NCBI GenBank assembly: GCA_965112155.1
Contig: OZ218101.1
Source of the DNA: Podarcis liolepis
Lineage: Eukaryota
Direction: 5' to 3' (one strand)
DNA length: 64,000 nucleotides
Below the pieces are notes generated by a model, which worked only from the letters and a program-made list of their open reading frames with translations, did not search any database and was not told the origin of the DNA. A program made the position numbers and the translations under genes. Positions 49,581 to 62,480 of this stretch are shown piece by piece. Every line of letters begins with the position of its first letter. The stretch's first letter is position 1.

Positions 49581-50303
49581 CAGGGGTGGCCAACCTGTGG
49601 CCCTCAAGATGTTCTTGGTCTTCCATTCCCATCAGCCCCAGCCAAAATGGACAATGGTTGACAAGGACTGGTTGGATGCAGAGTGGGAGGAACCAGCAAG
49701 GGAAGAAGGCTCAGAGCCCAGTGGTGGCGGGACAACCATGAGTGGTCAGAGGGAGAAGACTGGGAAGAGGAGGTGTTGGAAGCTGAAGGGGCAACAGGGC
49801 ATAGTGAGCTGGGAGTCTGTTCTAGGGAGAAGTCAACATTCAGAAGCTGAAGCTGGCAAGTGAGAGGAGGAAGGTCAAGAGGCAGAGATGAGTCAGGCTG
49901 ATCAAGAGTCACAGGGTTCTCCCTTTCCTGCTGTGCTCCACTACCCCCTCCCCATGTCTTTCATAACCAGGAGAGGCATGAAAAGGGCAGAGGAGAGATT
50001 GGCTGCATGCAGGCATAGTCTCTGATTGCTTGGTAAAAGACCTGGAGAGGAAGAGACAGACAGCTGTGGAGATGTAGGGACCTTTAGTCTTGGCAACTAA
50101 TTTCATGGAGGAAGAGCCACTGGGAATGAGCTGCTGTGTTCATTAGGCCTGACACTCAGCCAAGTCTGTGGAGATCTTGTTTTTGCTAATATAAAGTTAA
50201 CTCCAACTTTGGATTACTGACCAGCACGTTCTGTGACAGTGGTTAAGGACTGTGGAAATTGCAGCCCAGCACCAGCTGTAGAACCACAGTTTCCCTATCC
50301 CTG
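49581..50303. mobile_element. hAT-like MITE split by an insertion
   Basis: Ends caggggtggccaac and tttccctatccctg; the two halves are 49581-49658 and 50239-50303. Confidence 0.6.
49659..50238 (+). mobile_element. Probable solo LTR (580 bp)
   Basis: TG...CA ends flanked by atggt and gtggt (5-bp TSD, one mismatch); interrupts the hAT-like MITE. Confidence 0.6.
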
Positions 50304-50959
50304 GATTTAGAGAATCATCAAGACTGGCTCCTGAATAAAAGAAGAAACCAGTTCTTTGCACACACACACGTACCCCAATTGATGAATCTAGTAGTGAATG
50401 AGAAAACGAGATTGTCAAGGAATGTAGGAGTGCATAATCCAGCTTTCAGATGCTGGATGCTCTCTGGTCCACAGTTAGCAACCTGCTGAAAAACGTTTTG
50501 AGAAAGGGTATGTTCCAAGTGATGGCTCAGACATCACCCCAGACTTCCCACATCATTAATAAGGGCAAATGAACTTTCAAAGACAAGTCAGATACCTATT
50601 CTGGACAATAGAAACTATAGGAAATCCATCCCTGGATGATGTCCCAGACTTAGTAATACTTGACAGATGGAACTCTGCTGATGATCCAATTGTTGATTCA
50701 TTTCACAAACGAGAAGATAAAGGCAAAAAGCAGCACCAGGATTTTCAGAAGGATGACGCTGAAAATTGTGCACGTAATATCTATGATACTAACGGAAAGA
50801 ACTTCCTTGCTCTTTTCAACAGCCCACAACCCAAGGCAAAGACAAAAATACAAGTGCATGATGGTGCCATCATTATTCATTATGTGCTGGCACATGCACA
50901 TTTTGATAACTATGCACATTTCACGTTATCCTCACATTAACTGGTGCCTCTTTCCTTTG

Positions 50960-50970
50960 GCGTGTGTGTG

Positions 50971-51018
<48 letters not shown>
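50960..51018. repeat. (TG)n(CG)n(CA)n compound microsatellite
   Basis: Direct reading of the sequence. Confidence 0.9.
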
Positions 51019-51020
<2 letters not shown>

Positions 51021-52405
51021 TTCAGGTTTGGCACTTAGGCCACTGAACCAAGCATGAAAGAAACTGTTGCCTGACAAGACTTTGTTTACTCTTTATCATT
51101 TCTCCTTCCTCAATATGTTTTCCTTTTCTATTTTGGATGCTCCTCGGGGGGGAAAAAGTCAGCATGCTTTCCTCATTTTTAAAGTTACGTTAGTACTCAG
51201 CCTTGTCAACTGTGGGAATCAGCTGCAGCAACTGCCTTGGGGAATGAATTCCCAAAGCAGGGATTCTCATAAGAGAAATCCCTACTGAGGCATTTCACCA
51301 TGGGAGCAAACAGCGGTGCATCTCGGCTGAAGTAAATTGCTGCTTGACAGGTTGTATGCTGAGAAGCAGGCTCAGGTGGAGAGGTCCCAGGCTATTTGGG
51401 ATTTAACAGTCATTGCCAACAACGTGAATTGGACTGTGAATGGAGGACTTTCCTTTACAAATAACACAACACTCCCATCTCTTTAGCCTATTATAGCAAA
51501 TCTATTACTATCTAGAATCGCCATTGCCGCTGACACAGCTCCCTGTACCACAGCTGAGACTATACTTCAAACTCTGAGGGGTCAGCATCAGTTTTTTCAG
51601 ACCTTTCAGGTGCTAGTCTCAAGGCTGGCTAACTAAAGTAAATGCACCCAAGCATTTAACATAACATCACAACTGTTTTGGCCATCAGTGTGCGTAGGAG
51701 TGAAGCTTTAAATTGCTACACCAAAAACAAATTCCTATGGACCAGCATTTAACTTAACAATAACAATACTTGCTATTTATATACGTTTTTGAGTGTTCAA
51801 AACACTTCACATCCATTATCTCAATGCTACAGATACTTCCAGGTACTCAGGCAGCCTAGCACATGGGATTTCCCCAACCGTATTATGTATTGGTTCTGCA
51901 AATACCCACTTGGATTCTGAGCTATTTATTTCAATGTGTCTCTGGGGCAGAAAGCCGAGCTACTTAGATTTCACACTGCCAGAAGAAGACAAACTGTATG
52001 TTCATGAACTCTATGAATATATATATATGAATTCCAATATTTGTACCAGCTTGTGTATTGTTTGCCCGATTCAGTGCAAGTCAGAGTTCCCATGACTTTA
52101 AAAGTTGCAATTGCAGATTGTCCTCTCATAATGGAGTGCTAGAAGAAGCCGTATCTTGCAAAATTCTCTACTCCTATGAACTACGTTAGATACAGCTCTG
52201 CAACCTTTTCTTTTTAAGGAAAAGGAGTTGCAAGTGCCTGTAATGCAGCGAAAGTACTAGTGGAGGAAAATATGTCTGCTCCTGGCTGCCACCCAATCCT
52301 TGGGCTATTTTCTTATTCAGCTTCCCCAACTACTTCCTTCCCTTATGGGAAAAAGTATGTGGACCTAGATCTTTTCACAAGGAAAGGTAAAATAAAGGGC
52401 AGGCT

Positions 52406-52548
52406 AGGTCACATACACAGCATACATTTAAAACACAGGGTTTCCCCCAAAGGGTGCTGGGAAGTGGATCTGTGAGGGTGTAAATGACAGTTCCCAAGAT
52501 TCTTTGGGGGAAGCCATGTTCTTTAAATGTATGTTGCGGATGTGACCT
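52406..52548. mobile_element. Palindromic MITE (possibly PIF/Harbinger-like)
   Basis: About 27-bp imperfect TIRs: aggtcacatacacagcatacatttaaa and tttaaatgtatgttgcggatgtgacct. Confidence 0.65.
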
Positions 52549-52980
52549 TAGAGGGGCACTTTGAGCAGGAAAACTGAAGAGAGGGAAAGGGTTAACTACC
52601 TTCTTCCCACCACCTGCTTCTCCAGTCCCACTTACCCACACTGGAAGTGGCTTTTGCTATTTCACATGTCGGTTGGGATATCTAGGGCAGCAACATGTTT
52701 AATGCTGAAAAATGTTTTCTGTGCAGTTGAAACAATGCAGCAGTTGCTGTAAAAGACATTATCTTTGCATGGAAAGTGCTTTGAGAATGAGTCTGGTGGC
52801 GTGGAGAGTTTCCATAGAACGGTGCTGATCCACATGTAGCCATGTGAAGACCTTCCATGTAGAAATATTTTTGGGAGGAATCATGCTGCAGCCATAACAC
52901 TGATATGAAGCAGCTCTGGAGGAGGAATCGGCACATGTGCTGGTTGGAGCAAGAATAGTTGGTTCGATATCAATGTATTA

Positions 52981-53334
52981 GGTAAAGGTAAAGGGACCCC
53001 TGACCTTTAGGTCCAGTCGCGGATGACTCTGGGGTTGCAGCGCTCATCTCACTTTACTGGCCGAGGGAAGTGGCGTACAGCTTCCAGGTCATATGGCCAG
53101 CATGACTAAGCTGCTTCTGGCGAACCAGAGCAGTGCACAGAAACACCGTTTACCTTCCTGCTGCAGCAGTACTTATTTAACTACTTGCACTTTGATGTGC
53201 TTTCGAACTGCTAAGTTGGCAGGAGCAGGGACCAAGCAACGGGAGCTCACCCTGTTGCAGGGATTTGAACCATCAACCTTCTGATCGGCAAGCCCTAGGC
53301 TCTGTGGTTTAACCCACAGCACCACCCACGTCCC
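52981..53334 (-). mobile_element. Sauria SINE, full length
   Basis: Head gggacgtgggtggtgctgtggg, (accttt)n tail and a 12-bp TSD atcaa(t/c)gtatta. Confidence 0.92.
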
Positions 53335-53343
53335 ATCAACGTA

Positions 53344-53569
53344 CAGTGGTACCTCAGGTTAAATACGCTTCAGGTTACAGACTCTGCTAACCCAGAAATA
53401 TTACCTTGGGTTAAGAACTTTGCTTCAGGATAAGAACAGAAATTGTGCTCCGGCGGTGCAGCGGCAGCTGGAGGCCCCATTAGCTAAAGTGGTGCTTCAG
53501 GTTAAGAACAGTTTCAGGTTAAGAACGGACCTCCAGAACGAATTAAGTACTTAACCCGAGGTACCACTG
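53344..53569. mobile_element. Tc1/mariner (Tigger-like) MITE
   Basis: TIRs cagtggtacctc(a/g)ggttaa with TA on both sides. Confidence 0.9.
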
Positions 53570-55025
53570 TATTACAAAATTATAAATAAAACTACAGTAC
53601 ACTGGTGTTCTTAACTTGACCCTTGTGACCTATTCTGAATAAAGGGATTTAGCTTTGCGAACTGATCTACATAGAAGAAACACAATGTTGAAATGAAGAA
53701 CTCCTTCTGCAATGTATCTTGAGCCGAGTACAAAATGCACGCACCTCATTTCAGCTTCCAACGATACATGTGTTATATGCGGCCTTTCACTTTCAAAATG
53801 GTTAAAAGCTGTGCCCAGCAACGGGCCAGTGGCTGCAAATGTTTTGAAGAGTAAAGCTGCCAATGTGTTCATGTGCTATTGACTCAATGTCAGAGGACAC
53901 ATGCACTTTGCATGTGCTGGGTTAGAATTCGAGTGCATGGTATTATCTAAAGGGCTACTTAAAGTCGCGTTTGTCCAAGAGCTGCATAGAAGCAAAGCAA
54001 TCAAATGCTGCCTCTGAATTAACAGCCAATGTCCCAGCACAACAGAAACCAGAAGACTAAAAAAGATGATGCACTGAGAGAGTTAAATTCCCTTCCAGGA
54101 ATACGTAGGCGTTGTTGTCTGTTTTGCAGGGCAGAAATCAATATTCCCGCCTCTTCTCCTTCTGTTATTTCACCTTGAGATACTTGCACTCAGACAGATG
54201 AGTTTTGAATCTTATTCTCTGTTACTACAACTTATTTCCTTCTAACAATTCGCAGGGTCACAGATGTTCATGCAGCATTAACTTGCCTGTAATTTGCTTC
54301 CCAGCTCTCTAAACGGAATGCCATTAGTGCTTCAGCTACACTTACTCTTTCTGCAGATCACAAAGCTACTTCTACTTGGCTGTGTCTGTGCTGTCCCAAT
54401 CACGGCCATCTACTTAGTGACCCAATATCAAACTTTTTCCTGTCCTAGCATCTTGTCCTCCTTTTATCATCATATGTTGTCCAGCCTTTGCCTTTCAGGA
54501 GCAATTGCACAGAATGCACACTTAATTAGACCACGTGCTCTTTTTTCCTACTGGATTTACTAGTTCCTCTTGTTATGCTTCAAATTCATTTTGTCCAAGA
54601 GCATGAATGAAAGCTCGTTAGGTATTGCTGCGTCTAATTAACTTTATCCCACTCACGACCCTTGATCTCCCAGGTCCCATTCCAACACTCTAACCACTAC
54701 ACGACACTGGCTTCCTAGAGTTATTCTGCTACTTACCTATTTAAGTAGGTAAATAAATATGAGGAAAGCAAAATGTCACTTAAAGAAGGATCCGAAATAT
54801 TTTCCTTGAAGCTTGAATTTGTTTTATTCTGGGTTGTTTTATTAATTTGATGTTTTAATGTGTTGTAAACAGCTTTGATATTTTTTCCTTTAAAATATAA
54901 AGTGGTATAGAAATGAAATTAACAACAACTTTATGACGGGCAGAAATTTAGCAGGTATATTTTACCCAGCACTGTTTCCTCGTGCTGAGAAACATGGTAC
55001 CTATACCATCAATCGCTGCTGTGTA

Positions 55026-55250
55026 CAGTGGTACCTCTAGTTAAAAACTTAATTCATTCCGGAGGTCCGTTCTTAACCTGAAACTGTTCTTAACTAGAAG
55101 CGTGCTTTCGCTAATGGTGCCTCTTGCTGCCGCTGCACTGCCAGCCCACGATTTCCGTTCTCATTGTGAAGCAAAGTTCTTAACCTGAGGTAACTCTTCC
55201 AGGTTAGCATAGTTTATAACCTGAGGCGTTTGTAACTCGAGGTACCATTG
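55026..55250. mobile_element. Tc1/mariner MITE, same family as 53344-53569 in opposite orientation
   Basis: TIRs cagtggtacctc and gaggtaccattg with TA on both sides; internal reverse-complement match to the other copy. Confidence 0.88.
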
Positions 55251-57268
55251 TACCTTGCAAAGAAGACTGCAAGCCGACTCCCATTGTTTGCTGTTCTACT
55301 ATTGAAAACTTACCAGCTCCCCTTGGATCCTCTCTATATTACTATTATTATTTAAATTTAATACCACTCTGCATTCAAAGATTACAGGATGATTTACAGT
55401 ATAAAAACACAAAAAATACATAGCAAAACAACAACAACAACCAGTACTATTATTCAAGTTATTGTGCTATAATTCAAATTATTTGAAAATATGCACTATT
55501 CACTGCAATCATAGGGACACAATGCACCATTTTACCACATGGTAGGATGTCCACCATGTGGCTGCATAGCCGTTTATGTTACTAGCATGCTGTATTCTTC
55601 CCCCGCCGCATGCTCTAAAGGTTGGTGTGACTTGAGGCTTCTTCACATTTTTCTTGTGAATGAACAGTCATCTGTATTAATAATTCATGGCTGATTATGT
55701 TGAATGGGGAAAGTAACCTCACAAGCTATAGTTTAATACCTAGATTATTGTCTTGACTTCCCTGTCCCCGCCTGCTCCCTAATTTTCGGATTACTTTCCT
55801 GTTGTTTTTGTGCATGAGCTTAAATCATTTATATTTTGATGTGCTTAATCGTTAATGTTTTCCTCCCCTTACTGTGAAAAAGTCTATACTGTAGTTTCTC
55901 TGAAGTCATGTTTGCTTGTGTTTTGTATGGCATATATGCAGTTAGTCTTGATTTTTACATCCAAAGTGAAATTTTGCAGGACTCCCCCTCTCCATTCACG
56001 CACACCTCATTTTTGTATATTAATGGCACAGGTTATGCATACATTACTGAAAGTCCATGAAAAATTACCAGGATATTTCTTTTTTGAAAAAAAATAAAAT
56101 ACATATTTGGAAACCAAAGCAAGGAACACCATTATCATTCTGAGTAAACTTTTAATGCTATGGGAAGAGATTAAAACGTCTTACTTCCACAAAGGAATAA
56201 ATAGAAAGCAGTGATAAAACACTGCAGAAATGCCTGAAGAGATAGGTAGAACTAATGATTTCACTCCATAGCAACAGAACAAGTCAGTAACTAGGGGTGG
56301 TTCAACAGCAACCAAAATACTTCAAAACCAAACAAAACACTAGCTATGGTCATTTGTATTTATGTACTTAGCACACATTTAAGAAACGGCCAATTATGCC
56401 CACATTTACTGCATGGCAGGTTGGTGGATTACATTACTTGCAAGGGGACGTGTACAGGAGCGATATACCAGTCTGTGCATCTTCTGTACAATTTTGTGCA
56501 GTCATGTGGGCGGCTGGCATTTGCCAAACTCAACTAGTAGCAGCAAAAGACAAGTGAGGTGTCACAGCGCTGTCAGGCAAGGCACGTCCAGAGTCAGGAA
56601 CTATAGAATCGTAGTGTGCAGAAGGGACCACAAGGATTAACTCTTTATTGTCAAAAGTACACTTACAAGTTAGGAAGTCTGTCAGTCCTACATCCCTCAG
56701 GTACTCCTAGATGTGCACCTAATCAGGTAGTTGCCCATGGCTTCGGTTTATGCACCTCCCTTATCCGAGCTGAACAAGCAAGCGAAGACTGCATCTGCAT
56801 GCAACCTGATTCTGCTCTTCCCTCTTCAGTTCTCTCCTGGTCCTGGGAGACAGTGGAGCAGGAGAAGTGGGGGAAGAAGGAGGCAGTGTCAAAGCCCTCG
56901 ACTCTACACCAGCCTCCTGCACCAGTTCTTCGCTCTCCAATCCTGCAGCTTCCTCCACATCACTGATCCCTTCTCCCAAGTAAGTCTCCAACGCCCCTTC
57001 TCCCAGTGCCCACTCCTCAGGATCCAGCCAGCCCCTGACATGTTGTTAGCTGGGAATCAGTACAAAGCAAGATGTGGATATTTGCTTCTTTAGTTGAAGG
57101 TAGCTGGTCACCATTTGAGGTATGGATTCACAAGTTTAGGGCTGCATCTGTCTCTCACAGTCTACCAGAACAACTAGCAACAAGTGGTGTGACCACAAGC
57201 CTGAGGCAAGCTCTCTTGATTGAATTTACATTCATCAATGTCTCTGTGAACTCAAGAGTACTCTAATG

Positions 57269-57642
57269 TAAAGGTAAAAGGACCCCTGACAATTAAGTCC
57301 AGTCGCAGACAACTCTGGGGTTGCGGCGCTCATCTCGCTTTACTGGCCGTGGGAACCAGTGTTTGTCCGCAGTTTTTCCAGGTCATGTGGCCAGCATAAC
57401 TAAGCCGCTTCTGGCGCAACAGAACACCAAAACCAAAGCAGCGGATGGAAACGCCATTTACCTTCCCACCGGAGTGGTACCTATTTATCTACTTGCACTG
57501 GCATGCTTTCAAACTGCTAGGTTGGCAGGAGCTGGGACAGAGCAACGGGAGCTCACCCCATTGTGGGGATTCGAACTGCTGACCTTCTGATCGGCAAGCC
57601 AAAGAGGCTCAATGGTTTAGACCACGGCACTACCCACGTCCC
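57269..57642 (-). mobile_element. Sauria SINE, full length, with internal insertions
   Basis: Head gggacgtgggtagtgccgtggtctaaacc, (accttt)n tail and TSD-like flanks t(c/a)taatgta. Confidence 0.9.
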
Positions 57643-58774
57643 TATAATGTACTCCACCTTAAATGAGTTGCTCTCAGATAGTTTCCTTAAAAAGCCCAGG
57701 CACAGGATTTTGCATTTGACTAGGACATTCCCACCTAAGGCCAGTAAATACCCCTCCTGAACCCCCTTTTGAAACGCATTCTCTGGTTAGCAATCAGGAA
57801 ACCTACCTGGGTAGGGTTTGTATTGCACACTTGTGGGTCCTCCTGATGCACCACTTAGAAACCAATGGCTCAAAATGACCCATAGAGGGGGTCAACAAAT
57901 AGGTTCAACAACCCATTGTTAAACCTGCATGTCATCATGATGAACATGTGATGTGACTCATGCTCCATGTTCTGGACCCGCTGCATTACAGTCTTCCAGG
58001 CAATATGAAAAATGTTGCTTTTCAGTAACAATTTCTTAACCAATCTGGAACTAGTTTTTTTGACAGACTCTCCTTACACTGCATTGCTCAGAGGGAAATG
58101 AATGCACATTCCCTTTGATGAACCAATACTTCATTGCTCTGGAATTCAGGAAATTTCTACAGCAGGTTAATTACTCAAATTATCATACACCGTATTTCCT
58201 CTCCCCACCACCCTACTCAAATGATATTTTAGTAGCTGAGAATATGGTCCTTATAGACCGAAATAAGATAGTATGAAAGTTGAGGACAAGAAGGAGTTGT
58301 GCAAGGTAAGGACACTTGGGAAGGTGCTTGAGATATGAAGGATCTTCAATTGCTTTCTTGGAATTACAATGGGGAAGGAATTGACTCAGAATCAATCTTA
58401 AATTGCATTAGAAAATTCTTAAACGTGTGTCCCTGAAATCTATTTGGGATACCATTCAGTGATGATGTATTTATCTGCCAATCTTCCAGCAGAACTTCCA
58501 TCTCCTTCCTTTCTTTTTGTTAGCCCTCCAGACTTTCTTATCAGACTCCCCTTCATCTCATTCACTTGCTATTATTGCCTTTCCTCCTCTCATATCTTAC
58601 AAGTACCTTTTACCACCCCGGTACTTATTTGAATTTCTCTCCCCTTTGTCTTTTGTGGCAATGCAAGCTAAATGGAAGCAGAAGCAAGGAAATAATTCCA
58701 GAGACTCTGTTGCTGATAAATAGCACAAAGTACATAACAAAAGCTATTTGAGAAGTCATGCCTTATTTCTGCAC

Positions 58775-59110
58775 ATAACCAATACCAATGGTTCATTCGT
58801 CAGCTCATCTTCCAAACTGTATAACTGCAAGCAATGCCCTTCTCCATTCTACATAGGGCACAAGGGAAAAGAATCAATGGGCATACGTAAATCTGGTATA
58901 AAAGGAGGCAATACTCATAAACCAGTGGGAGAACATTGCCGTCTACCAGGCCACTCTGTCACGGAGGTTAAGGTGGCTATACCTGAACAAAGGAATTTCA
59001 GAGGGAGGCTCCAGGGTGAAACTGTTGAATTAAATGTAATCAAGAAGTCCAGCTCTATTCATTTGGGTCTGAATAAAGACAATGGGTTTGTTTCCCAATA
59101 TAGAAGTTAA
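58775..59110 (+). mobile_element. Penelope-like element fragment (GIY-YIG endonuclease C-terminus)
   Basis: CKQCPSPFYIG...KPVGEHCRLPGHSVTEVKVAI...RLQGETVEL...GLNKD matches the reptile Penelope endonuclease pattern. Confidence 0.8.
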
Positions 59111-59691
59111 TTAACTCAGCATTGCCAAGTTGATTGTTTTATCACGTACTATTGTAAAGAGTCGCCATGATTATTTTGCATATAGTCTAGCTCTAATCTA
59201 GATTAGATTAAAGCCTGTGTGCTTCATACCTGCCTTATGTACAGAATAATTCAATTTTCCTCATGAGGAGGATGGTAAGCAAAATCATGGAATTTCATCC
59301 CAGAGCTTCTTTTCTGTTTTCTAGGAAGGAAAACAATCCACCTTGATTTCCATGATGGAAGAAAGGCAGGATATACTGTAAATGTATTCAATAAATACAT
59401 ATTGGTCAAGCAGACATTTAACAGGCGCAGCTTTCAATTTGCAAAGCTCTGCAAGTTGAACTTGTCTGTTGTGCAGCTGATGAAGGCATAGCACCTTTGT
59501 AAGTTTGGGGAGGGGGTACTGCAAGCCTGCTTAAAGTCACACATAAAGAGAGATGTTTGGGTGCCTTGTCCCTCCGTTAAAAATAACTGATTCATTAGGA
59601 GGCCCTGGAAAACATATTATATGTTGCCCCTATTCAATCTGGCTTTTGGTAAGGAAATCTGTAGTTGCAATAGCCAAATGGAAACTGTGCA

Positions 59692-59845
59692 GCAACCATA
59701 GCTCATTCGGTAGAGCATGAGACTCTTAATCTCAGGTTTGTGGGTTCAAGCCCCATGCTGGGCCAAAAAAAATCCTGCATTGCAGGTTGAATTAGATGAG
59801 CTTTGTGGACCCTTCCAAATCTACAATTCTATGACTCTGTGAGTC
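59692..59845 (+). mobile_element. tRNA-Lys-derived SINE with CR1-like 3' tail (lacertid P.s.1/POM-type)
   Basis: tRNA-Lys(CTT)-like head tagctcattcggtagagcatgagactCTTaatctcagg...ggttcaagcccc, then cctgcattgcagg...cccttccaaatctacaattctatga. Confidence 0.82.
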
Positions 59846-61578
59846 TATAATTCTACTAGAACAAAGACTTTCCTTCAATGTCTCAGAAGAGTCAGAGAAT
59901 TCCCACAATGGCAGGCAAAGACAGGACAGGGAACTGTCAAACCTCAAGAAATGTAGCTGAGGCAAAATGTCCTGTACGTTAACATGTGGACATGTTATGT
60001 CACAAAGGATGTATATGAGACACCTGGTTTAAAAGAAGAATGGATATATGAATTCAAATGATGCTTCCTGTAGAGATGTTGGCAATAGGACTGTGTACTT
60101 GAGGAAACTAGAAATTCAGTGCATGGAGATCCACTGGCCTTACCCTGTATAAATTGGGCTTAACCACTGATGAATTCTGCCTTAGATTATTTCGTTTTTA
60201 AAAAAATTGTTACAGATTTTCATGTTTAAGAAAAGTACATATAGCATCTCCATTTTCAATTCATAAAGTCTTTTTCACAGTTCAATTACATTCAGTGAGA
60301 GACACCGCTGTCGTAGACACTGTGTTCCACCTTTGATTCTGAGGCTCCATGTTTATTGGAACAGAATTCAAAATTTCAGAATCTGTGGTTCTTACAAAGG
60401 TGTATTTTCAGAATTTTGCAAGACATAAACAATAATAATAATAAATCATTTGTTAACATTGTTTTTCAGAACCATAAAGGTGGAGATTTAAAAATAAAAC
60501 CACACACATGAAGAGGAATATGGGTTATGTTTGTTTAATTGGGGGGGGGGGACTAGTGGGTTTTTTGTTTTAAAAAAGCATAAATGGTGGGTGATTTACG
60601 CCATTTAAAATTATTATTGTGAGGGCACACACACATAATCCATTACTGACATTCCAAAATCTGCAATTCCTGACGGAATCCAAATAGAGCGGAACCCAAG
60701 GGATATCGGAATGTTGGAACAGTAATGGAGTGGAACTGACAGAATCCACTTATCCCTTGTAAAAATGCAGATTGCAGGCGCTGCAGAGTGCCAATGGGCA
60801 CACAGCTTGCATGTGCATAGGTCTCTACAGAAGACATGCTCAGTGCAGAAAGGTGGGGGACAGGATGTGTGGGCATAATCCTGATCCCTCCATGTTTAAT
60901 TTTTGATGTTTTCTATATTGCCTGTGCAGGGCTAACAGAGAAAACCATAATTCAGGGTGGTGATTTTTTAAAATTGTGGTTTGTGGAGTGCTTTCAAGTG
61001 ATTTATTTTTCACAACGAAAATGAAAACAAGGCCTTTTAAAAGAACTCTGCATTAAAACTCAACATTGTTTTCATACTCTGATGCAGCTGCACTGAGTGC
61101 AGAGAGTAAAAGGAAAGGTGGAAAACTGCAACTGCTTTAACTCCCCCTGTTTACCAAGGACAGTTTCTTTTTTTCTGGCACCTGCTCCTGGTAAACTGGT
61201 TACAAGTCTCAGTATATCATGCCTCTGTGGGAGAGAGATGTTGGGAGTGTCTCTTTTTAAAAAAAAGCTAGTTTATACTATAGCTCTTGGTGTTTCAGTT
61301 GCTTCCCACAGAGAAGTGAAATTTCTGAGCGGAGGGGCAGATGCACACACGTGGGACACAAATGCCAGCACACTTCTTCCCTTCCACACACATCCTGAAC
61401 TGCCTGTTCAGCAAATGAATGTACCTTGAGTTGCAACTATTTATAATTAGGACAACCTGATTCACTGTAATATCACATTCCTATTTTTTAAAACAAACAA
61501 ACAAACAATTATAGTGACATTACTAACACGCCCTGTTTTGCATGTCATTGAAGGAGACAGCTGTAGAGTAAATGAATA

Positions 61579-61848
61579 CAGTGGACGCTCGGGTTGCAAA
61601 CGTAATCCGTGCAGGATGCACGTTCGCAACCCGCAGAGTTCGCAACCCACAGAGTTCGCAACCCACATCTGCGCACGCGTGGGTTGAGATTCAGCGCTTC
61701 TGCACATGCACAAGGCACGATTTAGTGCTTTTGCGCATGCGTGACCGCCGAAATCCGGAAGTAACCCATTCCGATACTTCCGGGTTTCGGCAGTCTGTAA
61801 CCCGAAAAAAAACGCAACCTGAAGCGGCTGTAACCCGAGGTATGACTG
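61579..61848. mobile_element. Tc1/mariner-like MITE with imperfect TIRs
   Basis: TA|cagtggacgctcgggttgc...gtaacccgaggtatgactg|TA; CpG-rich, with an internal 16-bp unit repeated about three times. Confidence 0.8.
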
Positions 61849-62027
61849 TACAGCATATACAAGGGCCAGGCGACCGGAGGCCTGCAGGTGACCCTCTGCT
61901 TAATTTAATGCACAGGGAAGGTGAGCCCAGAGGGAAGGGAAGGCGACTGGAGAAGGGAGAATTTGGGAGGGGGCAGACAAACTCATGGAGCAATGGAAGG
62001 AGGAGGGGAAGTTCAGGCCTCTTAGCA

Positions 62028-62480
62028 TCTTAATTAGCTAAGATGTACAAATCAGAGTCTAAAATGTGCTGGAAATGTAAAGAAAAAGAGGGTACTTTTT
62101 CTCATATGTGGTGGTCATGTAAGATAATAAAAGACTTCTGGGAAATGATATATAATGAACTGGAAAAAATGCTGAAAATAACTTTTCCTAAGAAACCAGA
62201 AGCTTTTCTTTTAGGTATTATAGGACCAGAGATCTCGAAGGACCAGACAAAACCACGGCTGCATGGCCTCTCTTAGCCCAGAAATGGAAAGATGGCACAA
62301 CTCTGACCAAAGAAGAGTGGCAGACAAAATTGATGAACTATGCCGAGATGGAAAAACTTACAGGAAGAATTAGAAACCAGGAAGAGGAGGTCTTTAATAA
62401 AGAATGGGGAAAGTTTATAATTTATTTGAAAAGCTATTGTAAACAATTACATTCATTGGTAGGATTGAGAGAAAACTTGT
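62028..62480 (+). mobile_element. L1-clade LINE 3' fragment
   Basis: CWKCKEKEGTFSHMWWSC zinc knuckle and FPKKPEAFLLG, typical of the L1 ORF2 C-terminus. Confidence 0.85.

Noticed and set aside
50569-51046. Overlapping 123-aa and 128-aa ORFs in intergenic DNA
   Set aside because: No recognisable homology or exon structure; one runs into a microsatellite.
59692-59764. Functional tRNA-Lys gene
   Set aside because: The acceptor stem is degenerate and a SINE tail follows directly.
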